Positions 16,416 through 23,311 of a stretch of 29,571 nucleotides of DNA are shown one piece after another. The position numbers and the translations under genes were made by a program. Every line of letters begins with the position of its first letter. Within the stretch, counting starts at the first letter, position 1. The stretch lies in the IMG/VR virus record IMGVR_UViG_3300044733_002667, positions 1-29,571 of that record. The stretch is one strand, 5' to 3'. Source of the DNA: a virus. Lineage: Duplodnaviria; Caudoviricetes. The notes below the pieces were generated by a model. The model did not search any database and was not told the DNA's origin. It saw only the letters and a list, made by a program, of their open reading frames with translations.

Positions 16416-16883
16416 TCAAAGGAAAAAGTCCTCCAGAAATAATCTGGCCTCTTCCTTTGTCCATTGTCTTTGCGGCTGGAAACTGCACTTTGGCCAAGGG
16501 CTGGGATGGCCGATCACTTCCGTGCGTCCGTTCCACTCTGGATCATACTTTGCAATTAAAAGATTCTCATACCTGCCAAGCGAAACGCCTTCAGGACATT
16601 TTGCCCAAGCGTAGTGAAGCTGAACGCTTTGCAGCCCTGCCGTAATCCGGCACGGATGATACGTGCCGTTCACCCTTGTCTTAATGTTGACAGACCTTCC
16701 AATGTATAGAAAGCGTTTTGTATTCTTGATAGCGTAGATTCCTGCCTGATCTGGAGCGTTATCCAAGCTAAACTTGCGCCAATCTTCTGAGGATTGCAAC
16801 TGCTCGGGAGTCATCGCAGGCTGTCGTACAGGTCGGCGACGGTTTCGCCGTTGAAGATAGACTTCCTTCTGAAAGTCTCTCAC
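16416..16883 (-). CDS. GIY-YIG family endonuclease
   Basis: AGIYAI..FLYIGRSVNIKTRV..E..LIAKYDPEWN. Low-GC DNA. GTGA-coupled start; an internal Met is an alternative. Confidence 0.85.
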   Translation of the reverse strand: MRDFQKEVYLQRRNRRRPVRQPAMTPEQLQSSEDWRKFSLDNAPDQAGIYAIKNTKRFLYIGRSVNIKTRVNGTYHPCRITAGLQSVQLHYAWAKCPEGVSLGRYENLLIAKYDPEWNGRTEVIGHPSPWPKCSFQPQRQWTKEEARLFLEDFFL

Positions 16884-17107
16884 GGCTTGCCCTCCAGCTC
16901 GGCGGCGATGGCGAGCAGTTTTCTGCGAAGCCTCCGGCGGTTTGCTGCCCCATCGGTTCGAGCTGCTGTGTGTGGTACCACCTGATCTGCCAGAGCGCGG
17001 GTGAAGGCGGCCAGCGCATCGCCGTAGTCCTCAAGCACGCCGACACGTTCTGCCACGTCGTTGAACGCTTCCCAGGCGGCCTGCGCGGCGGGGGAGAGGT
17101 CAGCCAT
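16880..17107 (-). CDS. Hypothetical early protein (MADLSPAAQA...)
   Basis: Start revised to ATG 17107, preceded by AGGAGG and overlapping the upstream stop. Confidence 0.7.
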   Translation of the reverse strand: MADLSPAAQAAWEAFNDVAERVGVLEDYGDALAAFTRALADQVVPHTAARTDGAANRRRLRRKLLAIAAELEGKP

Positions 17108-17555
17108 CGGCCCCCTCCTGCGGCGCGGGGATCGCCCAGTGGGGGGCCCAGGCGATGAACGGATACAGCAGCCCATCATCCGGACGCCTCAGCATCCAGG
17201 CTGCCGGGCCGTTCTTCAGTGGTCGGTCCAGCCACCAGCAGCGTCCCTGACCGTCGAAATCCCCCGGCCCCGGCAACCGCTCAGCGACCGGCACCGGCTC
17301 GACGGCAGGGCGGCCCCAGCGGGCGAGGGCGCGGCGGACCAGATCGACCTGCCCGAGACCTTCATCCTCAATCTGATCGGACAGTTCGACGATCTTCATG
17401 ACGGTCGGCCCCTGCTCCGGGGCGGACAGCGCGGCGCGGGCTTTCTTGACAGCCTGATACAGGGCCCGCGCGTCGTCGTCGGGCCACCTGCTGCCGCCGT
17501 GATCGGCGTAAGCCTTCACGAGGCATTCCAGTTCAGCGCGGAAGTCGGTGGTCAT
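17100..17555 (-). CDS. Hypothetical modular early protein
   Basis: 151 aa, ATGA-coupled; C-terminal 'PVPVAERLP...WAPHWAIP' segment reminiscent of DUF551/Ea22-type modules. Confidence 0.7.
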   Translation of the reverse strand: MTTDFRAELECLVKAYADHGGSRWPDDDARALYQAVKKARAALSAPEQGPTVMKIVELSDQIEDEGLGQVDLVRRALARWGRPAVEPVPVAERLPGPGDFDGQGRCWWLDRPLKNGPAAWMLRRPDDGLLYPFIAWAPHWAIPAPQEGADG

Positions 17556-17746
17556 TGGAAACTCTCGGTGATGGTGTACTGCAGCGGCCGCCAGGTCTCC
17601 CCCGGCATGTGCCAGTAGGTGCGTCCCCAGGGCTGCAGGCAGCTGGTGATGCCAGCGAACCGATGGTCAGGGACCACAACGGCAGGCAGGGTGTTCGACC
17701 AGCACAGCGGGCCGATCCAGCCGCCGTGGCTTGTGACGCGGATCAT
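17552..17746 (-). CDS. Hypothetical protein (64 aa)
   Basis: Start revised to ATG 17746 (ATGA overlap). Confidence 0.6.
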   Translation of the reverse strand: MIRVTSHGGWIGPLCWSNTLPAVVVPDHRFAGITSCLQPWGRTYWHMPGETWRPLQYTITESFQ

Positions 17747-18489
17747 TGGCTGGCCTCCTGCTCCAGTAGGGATGCGACGGATGGCCAGTCTGGGCCGTCC
17801 GACCGCAGCCACTTCGCCACCACCCGGACCACGGCGCGAACCTCGCCTGGGCTCAATGGCAGTTGCCTGCAGATCCCGTCCACCAGCCCACCGGCAGGCG
17901 CGGGCGGGGCAGCCATTTTCCTGGCGTCAGCAATATGGTCGGCCGGCTGCGGCTGCTGTCGTTGCTCCTGCCTCTCAATGATCTCGCGGGCCTCTGCTCG
18001 CCATTGCGGTGGCACTGGGTGGCCGCTGTCTTCATACCGCTTGATGGCAGATTGAAGATCGCCAAGACGTTCTTCGTCCGCCAACCATTGCGGCTTGACG
18101 CCAATCGGCGGGGCCAGCGGCTGCTGCACCTCAGGTTCGATGGCGCTCCACCAGATCAGCGCAGGATCGCCGACGAAAAGGCCGCGATCAGTGTAGAAAC
18201 CAGACGGCGAAATAGACGGCGTTAGTGAGTGTGACTGGTCAACCCAGACGCCCCTACTGTGCAGCAGGTTCGGATGAACCCGAAACAGGCATTGCATGCC
18301 ATTTGACGGCTTCACATCACTCAGCCGATGCCATTGCGGCTCGGGCGACTGCTGCGGCTGCTGCGCGGCCTCCAGCGCCTCGATGCGGGCGCGGAGTTCA
18401 AGGATGCAGGAAGGAGCTGAAAACTCACAGCTAGCCCGGTTTTCCATGCTTCTCCACTGCCTGTCACTGGCGCGGTAGTTCGGGTCCAT
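17743..18489 (-). CDS. Hypothetical mosaic early protein
   Basis: 248 aa, several modules joined by Q/P linkers; TAATG-coupled. Confidence 0.7.
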   Translation of the reverse strand: MDPNYRASDRQWRSMENRASCEFSAPSCILELRARIEALEAAQQPQQSPEPQWHRLSDVKPSNGMQCLFRVHPNLLHSRGVWVDQSHSLTPSISPSGFYTDRGLFVGDPALIWWSAIEPEVQQPLAPPIGVKPQWLADEERLGDLQSAIKRYEDSGHPVPPQWRAEAREIIERQEQRQQPQPADHIADARKMAAPPAPAGGLVDGICRQLPLSPGEVRAVVRVVAKWLRSDGPDWPSVASLLEQEASQ

Positions 18490-18494
18490 TAGTC
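18474..18494. repeat. 21-bp direct repeat, copy 1
   Basis: GGTAGTTCGGGTCCATTAGTC, identical to 18701-18721. Confidence 0.95.
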
Positions 18495-18716
18495 TCTTGC
18501 CTCCGATGGCGGTTGCTGCGTGTTTCGAGTCTTAGGTAATTGAAGTGACTCAGTCCAATTCAGTGGAGCTTCGGCAATACCAAGAACCAGCCACCAGGCG
18601 CGACCTTCCTCGCAAATTGCATCAAGTGTATGGCTTCCGTCGGGGTTTTGGTGCCGGCTAATGCTGACAAATCGACGCCGGCGCAATTTAACTGTGGCGA
18701 GGTAGTTCGGGTCCAT
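18489..18716 (-). CDS. Hypothetical protein (75 aa) flanked by direct repeats
   Basis: MDPNYLAT...; lower GC; TAATG coupling on both sides. Confidence 0.7.
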   Translation of the reverse strand: MDPNYLATVKLRRRRFVSISRHQNPDGSHTLDAICEEGRAWWLVLGIAEAPLNWTESLQLPKTRNTQQPPSEARD

Positions 18717-18721
18717 TAGTC
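18701..18721. repeat. 21-bp direct repeat, copy 2
   Basis: Identical to 18474-18494. Confidence 0.95.
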
Positions 18722-18973
18722 CTCCAATGTGCGGTGGGTTCGGTCGGCAATGACACGGGCGTGGTCTGCGGCAAAAGCGCCGCCGCCGTAGCGGATGGGG
18801 AATGGGGTTTCGTTCTCGCAGTAGATGAACAGCTGCCGCCGTCCGCTGGTCGCCCGTTCGGCCTGTAGCCAGATCCCTTGCCGCAGTTCGCAGCAGGCAT
18901 CAGTGCTGAGGGCCAGGCTGTCGCCCGGCTGGGCGGTCTGGATGAAGTTGAGCACTCGGTTTCTCAGGCTCAT
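18716..18973 (-). CDS. Hypothetical protein
   Basis: 85 aa, TGATG-coupled to ssb. Confidence 0.65.
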   Translation of the reverse strand: MSLRNRVLNFIQTAQPGDSLALSTDACCELRQGIWLQAERATSGRRQLFIYCENETPFPIRYGGGAFAADHARVIADRTHRTLED

Positions 18974-19323
18974 CAGAATTCCTCCTCAACAGCAGGGGCA
19001 GAGCCGGTGCCGGCAGGCTTGGAGCCCAGCAGCTGCAGCGTGTTCACATTGACTACCTGTTTCGTTCGCTTCTGGCCCGTCGTCTTGTCGGTCCATGCCT
19101 CTGTCTTGATCGTGCCGACGACACCGATCTGGCTTCCCTTCTTCACATAATCAGCCGCCACCTGGGCTTGCTTGCCCCAGATCTCCAGGTCGAACCAATT
19201 CGTCTCGGCTTCTTTCGTCCAGCCATTGGAGGCCAGGCTCAGTTTCGCGACGACCTTACCGCCGTCCAGAAACTTCACCTCAGGGTCACGGCCAGCGCGG
19301 CCAACGATCGTGATGCTGTTCAT
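18973..19323 (-). CDS. ssb: Single-stranded DNA-binding protein
   Basis: MNSITIVGRAGRDPEVK..WFDLEIWGKQAQVAADYVKKGSQIGVVG, acidic EEEF tail. Confidence 0.95.
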   Translation of the reverse strand: MNSITIVGRAGRDPEVKFLDGGKVVAKLSLASNGWTKEAETNWFDLEIWGKQAQVAADYVKKGSQIGVVGTIKTEAWTDKTTGQKRTKQVVNVNTLQLLGSKPAGTGSAPAVEEEF

Positions 19324-19329
19324 TTGCTC

Positions 19330-19542
19330 TCAGGGGTTGATAGGTGTGATGCCTTGCGCTTCCTCAAAGGCCAGGACGCCAGGCAGGGGGTACAGGACGC
19401 GGCTTTGACCGTATGGGGTGCCAAGCCGCGGGCGGGTGACCCATGGAGGGCCAATCCCGCGCAGTCGCCAGCCTCTCAACGTGTGCTGGCTCAATCCCCA
19501 GCGGTCGGCCAGCTGGGGTGGTGTTAGTCCGGTCTCGGTCAT
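19330..19542 (-). CDS. Excisionase/AlpA-like HTH protein
   Basis: LTPPQLADRWGLSQHTLRGWRLRGIGP..RVLY..V..FE. Confidence 0.8.
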   Translation of the reverse strand: MTETGLTPPQLADRWGLSQHTLRGWRLRGIGPPWVTRPRLGTPYGQSRVLYPLPGVLAFEEAQGITPINP

Positions 19543-20168
19543 GCAGCAGTCAACCTCTCGGCAGCAGATGCCAGCTGCTCTCTGAGCGCAGTGGCATCCT
19601 CGACAGACAGGTCGCCATTGGTCAGCCGCAAGTCAATCCGATCACGAATCGTCGCCAGTTCCGCAGCACTCTTGGCACCCTGGATCGCCTTCTCGCCCGC
19701 CAGGTATGCCGCCGACTGCTGTGGTTCATCCTGCACCTGCCGTTGTTGCTTGTCGTAGAGGGCGAGGCCGAAGGGGTTGCCAAACGTCATCAAGGCACGT
19801 TTCATCGCATCGGTCTCGGCTTCCTTGATCGCCGATTCATGCGCCAGTCCCAGGTCCGTGTCAATGCCATGGCCGGCGCCGCACCCCTCACGGGCCAGGC
19901 CGTTGACCATGACCCGCACCCGGGCGATGTACGTGACGCCCCACCCTGGCTTCTGGTCGCGGCCAATCCCGCGTTCGCGCTCACTGACGCAGCGGATCTC
20001 GATCGTCTCTCGGGTCCAGGCATCAAAGCCAAAGATCCGATTGGCTTCCGCGATCACGTGCCAACCCTCGAGGTAGCTCAGCTGCCGTCCCGACTGGCTG
20101 CGCTGCTGCACCGCTCCACGGTTGAGCGGTGCCTGCAGCTGGGTGATCTGTTCTGTGGTGAAGGTCAT
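19539..20168 (-). CDS. sak: Rad52/Rad22-family single-strand annealing protein (Sak)
   Basis: LSYLEGWHVIAEANRIFGFDAW..REGCGAG..AIKEAETDAMKRALMTFGNPFGLALYDK. Confidence 0.92.
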   Translation of the reverse strand: MTFTTEQITQLQAPLNRGAVQQRSQSGRQLSYLEGWHVIAEANRIFGFDAWTRETIEIRCVSERERGIGRDQKPGWGVTYIARVRVMVNGLAREGCGAGHGIDTDLGLAHESAIKEAETDAMKRALMTFGNPFGLALYDKQQRQVQDEPQQSAAYLAGEKAIQGAKSAAELATIRDRIDLRLTNGDLSVEDATALREQLASAAERLTAA

Positions 20169-20174
20169 GGCGGT

Positions 20175-20963
20175 TCAGAAGTGTTCAGGGGCAAGCTCAG
20201 GGGCTGGACCGTCGAAGCCCGCCCACCGCGGTAGGGGCAACGTCTGCTCTGGATGGCTGGTGTTGGTCAGGTGGGCCTCCCACTCCAACACCCGGGCCTT
20301 GGCAATCTCGCGACGGCGCAGGCCCTCCTCAATCCATTCGCCCGGCAGCCAGTAGAGCCCCACATCAGGCCGCGGGTGCCAGTCGTAGGCGATGAAGCCA
20401 ACACGCGGCAGGTCGGCGGTCTGGCGCTTGTCGAGGTGGCCCAGCAGGTAGTGGGCCATCTGCACGTCATAGCCGCGGGCATAGGCGTCAGCCGCGAATC
20501 CACGGGGGTCGGTGCGGGCGGATTTCTTCATGTCGACCAGCAGGCCCGGCGCCTCAATGTCCGGCAGGTACCGGCACTCAACACCATCAGCATCAAACCA
20601 GAAGTGGGCCTGCTGTGATGCGTGATCGATCAGCGGCCGGATCGCTGGGTCACTGAGGAGGTGCACCACGATGCTGGCGGCCGTGATGTGCCAGTCATGG
20701 CTGATGATCTCGCGCTTGCCTTGGCTGGCCTCCGCCCACCATGCCTTGCCATCCTTGGTGCGGCGGTCGAGGCCTTCAGGTGCCACGACGTAGCGGTGCT
20801 CGAACAGGTCAGGCGTCAGTGCCAGGCAGTCGACCAGCGACCCTTGCCGCATGGCGTCGGTGCGCTCGACCGGGACGTGGAACTTACGGGCGGTGCCGCT
20901 GAGGGCACGCTTGAGCCGCGTGGCCGACAGGGCTGGGTGTGCGTGGTATGCAGCGGGGTTCAT
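20175..20963 (-). CDS. RecE-like PD-(D/E)XK exonuclease (DUF3799-like)
   Basis: YHAHPALSAT..MRQGS..DRRTKDGK..PDI..LVDMKK..YDVQMAHY; adjacent to Sak. Confidence 0.85.
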   Translation of the reverse strand: MNPAAYHAHPALSATRLKRALSGTARKFHVPVERTDAMRQGSLVDCLALTPDLFEHRYVVAPEGLDRRTKDGKAWWAEASQGKREIISHDWHITAASIVVHLLSDPAIRPLIDHASQQAHFWFDADGVECRYLPDIEAPGLLVDMKKSARTDPRGFAADAYARGYDVQMAHYLLGHLDKRQTADLPRVGFIAYDWHPRPDVGLYWLPGEWIEEGLRRREIAKARVLEWEAHLTNTSHPEQTLPLPRWAGFDGPAPELAPEHF

Positions 20964-21145
20964 CGTGCGGTCACCATCGGCGCAAGGGTGGCGGTGTCGT
21001 CGATCCAGGCACGGCCGCGCAGGTTGGCCAGCTCGACCGATGGCACGATCAGCCGGGCCTCCTCTTGTGCACGCTCGATGTCGTCTTCCTCAAGCTCAAC
21101 GACGATCTGGACGGCCATCGCGTAGGTCGCTTGGTATTTGGTCAT
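20960..21145 (-). CDS. Hypothetical protein
   Basis: 61 aa, CCA-rich leader, ATGA-coupled to the exonuclease. Confidence 0.65.
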   Translation of the reverse strand: MTKYQATYAMAVQIVVELEEDDIERAQEEARLIVPSVELANLRGRAWIDDTATLAPMVTAR

Positions 21146-21174
21146 GGGTGGTGAATGGTGGTGGTGGATGGTGG

Positions 21175-21417
21175 TCAGGCCAGCTCGGCTCCTGTATCGC
21201 TGGCCCAGTCGGCGGCAATGAGCATGATTGCCTGGGAAGTAATTGTGGCCCCAAGTTCGACACGGTGGCCGCTGTCCAGCAGATACCAGCCCGTGTGCCC
21301 GTAACCGAGAATCAGGCCGGTCCCCTGCTCTACTGAGCCGTGCTGGCTCAGGATCATTTCATCGCCACAGTTGACAGTAGAGATGAAGTTATCAATCCGG
21401 GATTGAAGGATGGTCAT
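21175..21417 (-). CDS. Hypothetical protein
   Basis: 80 aa, CCA-rich leader. Confidence 0.65.
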   Translation of the reverse strand: MTILQSRIDNFISTVNCGDEMILSQHGSVEQGTGLILGYGHTGWYLLDSGHRVELGATITSQAIMLIAADWASDTGAELA

Positions 21418-21444
21418 GGGTGGTGGGTGGTGGTGGTGAATGTT

Positions 21445-21469
21445 GCCGGGATAGGCTCCCGGCGGGCCG
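21445..21469 (-). promoter_or_regulatory. Conserved intergenic hairpin element, copy 2
   Basis: Minus strand reads CGGCCC-GCCGGGA-GCCTA-TCCCGGC. Confidence 0.55.
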
Positions 21470-21477
21470 TGGGGGGG

Positions 21478-21705
21478 TCAGGCGGCAACAAACCCACGCT
21501 GGATCAGCGATGAATAGAACTCTCGGGCATGTTTGACGCTATAAACACCTTCACCGCGGCCCATGGTGCTGCCCCATCCCGCGTTAGTGAGATGAAGCAT
21601 GCTTACTTCGACCCACGTTTTACCTGAATCGTTGGTGTATGGCTTGAAGATGCAACGAGCGGCAGGAGTGTGCTTGGTCTCAGGGCGAGTGAGGGTGTAG
21701 GTCAT
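21478..21705 (-). CDS. Hypothetical protein, first gene of the leftward early operon
   Basis: Start revised to ATG 21705 (MTYTLTRPETKH...); lower GC. Confidence 0.7.
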   Translation of the reverse strand: MTYTLTRPETKHTPAARCIFKPYTNDSGKTWVEVSMLHLTNAGWGSTMGRGEGVYSVKHAREFYSSLIQRGFVAA

Positions 21706-21753
21706 GGCTGGTCGGTGGTGGTGGGTGGCGGGGGTTCCCTCGCCTGTGTTCAC

Positions 21754-21762
21754 AGACTACCA
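21754..21762 (-). promoter_or_regulatory. Extended -10 promoter of the leftward early operon
   Basis: TGgTAGTCT, followed by a GC hairpin (21727-21744) and a CCA-rich leader, the same architecture as 15651-15719. The -35 is weak. Confidence 0.55.
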
Positions 21763-21807
21763 TGGCTGAGCGGGGATCGCCACCGCTTAGCACCGAGAAT
21801 CTTCACA

Positions 21808-23076
21808 ATGGACCTACGACCACACCAGCTCACCGCCGCAGACGACCTGCTCACCCGCGTCTTCCGTGACGGCTGGGCCTACCTTGCCGGTGAAGTGCGC
21901 GTCGGCAAGACCCTGACCGTCCTTGAGGTCGCCCGGCGCCTGGGGGTCACGCGGTGCCTGTTCCTCACCAAGAAGAAGGCCATCGCCTCCATCGAGGCGG
22001 ACCGGGACGCCCTCGGCCTCACCGACCGGGTGCACGTCACCAACTACGAGCAGGTCCACAAGCTCCTGGGCCATTACGACCTGCTGATCCTTGATGAGGC
22101 CCACTGCCTCGGGGCCTACCCGAAGGCCTCCCTGCGGGCGCGACAGGTGGCACGGCTCACCTACGACCGTTGCATCCTGCTCTCCGGGACACCCTCACCC
22201 GAATCCCTCTCGCAGCTCTACCACCAGATCCGCATTGCCTCCGCCGCTGGCCTCTCCACCGCCGTCCCATGGCAGCAGAGCAGCTTCTACAAGTGGGCCG
22301 CCGCGGGCTACGTCAACGTCCGCACCCGTAGGGTTGGCACCGGTCAGGAGGTCAACGACTACTCCGACGCCAATGAAGCGCTCATCATGGCTGATCTGGC
22401 ACCTCACATGGTGCGCATCACCCAGCAGCAGGCCGGCTTTCAGACCCAGATCATCGAGCAGGTTCATCAGGTGCGGATGGCCCCCCAGACCTATGCCGAC
22501 ACCGGCAAGCTCATGCGCGATGACGTGGTCACCGTTGGCACGGGCTGGCCCGTCGTCGCTGACACCGCAGCCAAGCAGATGCAGAAGCTCAGGCAGATGT
22601 ATAGCGGCACCGTGATTCCAGAGAACGCCTGTGGGACTGGAATCATTTTTGACACCAGCAAGGTCGACTACATCCGCAACAGGTTTAGGGGGCGTCTTGC
22701 GGTCCTCTATTGCTTCCATGCCGAAGGGGTCATGCTCCGGCAGGCCTATGGCACGCTGGCCACCGACTCGCCCGAGGAGTTCGCCGCACGGCCTGATTCC
22801 GTCTTCATCGGGCAGGTCCAGGCCTCACGGGAAGGGGTCAACCTCTCGCCTGCCGATGATCTCGTCTTCCTCGGCATCGACTACTCCGCCCTGTCCTACC
22901 TGCAAGGCCGCGACCGTGCCTCGGCCCTTGGTCGTACCGTCCCGCCGCGCGTACACTGGATCCTTGCAGCCAACTCCCTCGAACTGAAGGTCTATGACAA
23001 AGTCCGGGCGAAGGAGTCCTATACCGCAGCCCACTTCAGAGCGGACCGAGGCAGCCTTTCAGGCAATGTTGGTTAA
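21808..23076 (+). CDS. SF2 (SNF2/DEAH-like) helicase
   Basis: Start revised to ATG 21808. LRPHQ, GEVRVGKT, TNYE, LILDEAH, LLSGTP, REGVNL, QGRDR. Confidence 0.88.
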   Translation: MDLRPHQLTAADDLLTRVFRDGWAYLAGEVRVGKTLTVLEVARRLGVTRCLFLTKKKAIASIEADRDALGLTDRVHVTNYEQVHKLLGHYDLLILDEAHCLGAYPKASLRARQVARLTYDRCILLSGTPSPESLSQLYHQIRIASAAGLSTAVPWQQSSFYKWAAAGYVNVRTRRVGTGQEVNDYSDANEALIMADLAPHMVRITQQQAGFQTQIIEQVHQVRMAPQTYADTGKLMRDDVVTVGTGWPVVADTAAKQMQKLRQMYSGTVIPENACGTGIIFDTSKVDYIRNRFRGRLAVLYCFHAEGVMLRQAYGTLATDSPEEFAARPDSVFIGQVQASREGVNLSPADDLVFLGIDYSALSYLQGRDRASALGRTVPPRVHWILAANSLELKVYDKVRAKESYTAAHFRADRGSLSGNVG

Positions 23077-23311
23077 GCAATACAAGGCCGACGGTTGGTA
23101 TGTGATCCGGCTCCTGCGTACCTCCGTCGCAGGTCTGCCGGATCTTCTCCTATGCCATCCCGACCGCGGCATCCTGTTCGTCGAAGTCAAGGCCTCCCGT
23201 GGGCGCCTGTCACCCATTCAGGAGCACCGAATCCAGGAGCTGCGCGACCTGGGCTTTGAGGTGCAGGTCGTCAAGGATCAAGCGTGTAATGGCACTCACG
23301 ACGACCGTTGA
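22994..23311 (+). CDS. VRR-NUC domain nuclease (Holliday-junction resolvase-like)
   Basis: TEAAFQ..GLPDLL..FVEVKASRGRLSPIQ..L..LGF. Overlaps the helicase 3' end and the convergent primase gene end. Confidence 0.88.
   Translation: MTKSGRRSPIPQPTSERTEAAFQAMLVKQYKADGWYVIRLLRTSVAGLPDLLLCHPDRGILFVEVKASRGRLSPIQEHRIQELRDLGFEVQVVKDQACNGTHDDR

Noticed and set aside
19330-19542. Evidence of lysogeny from the Xis-like HTH
   Set aside because: No integrase, repressor or att site is visible in the window, so lifestyle cannot be called.
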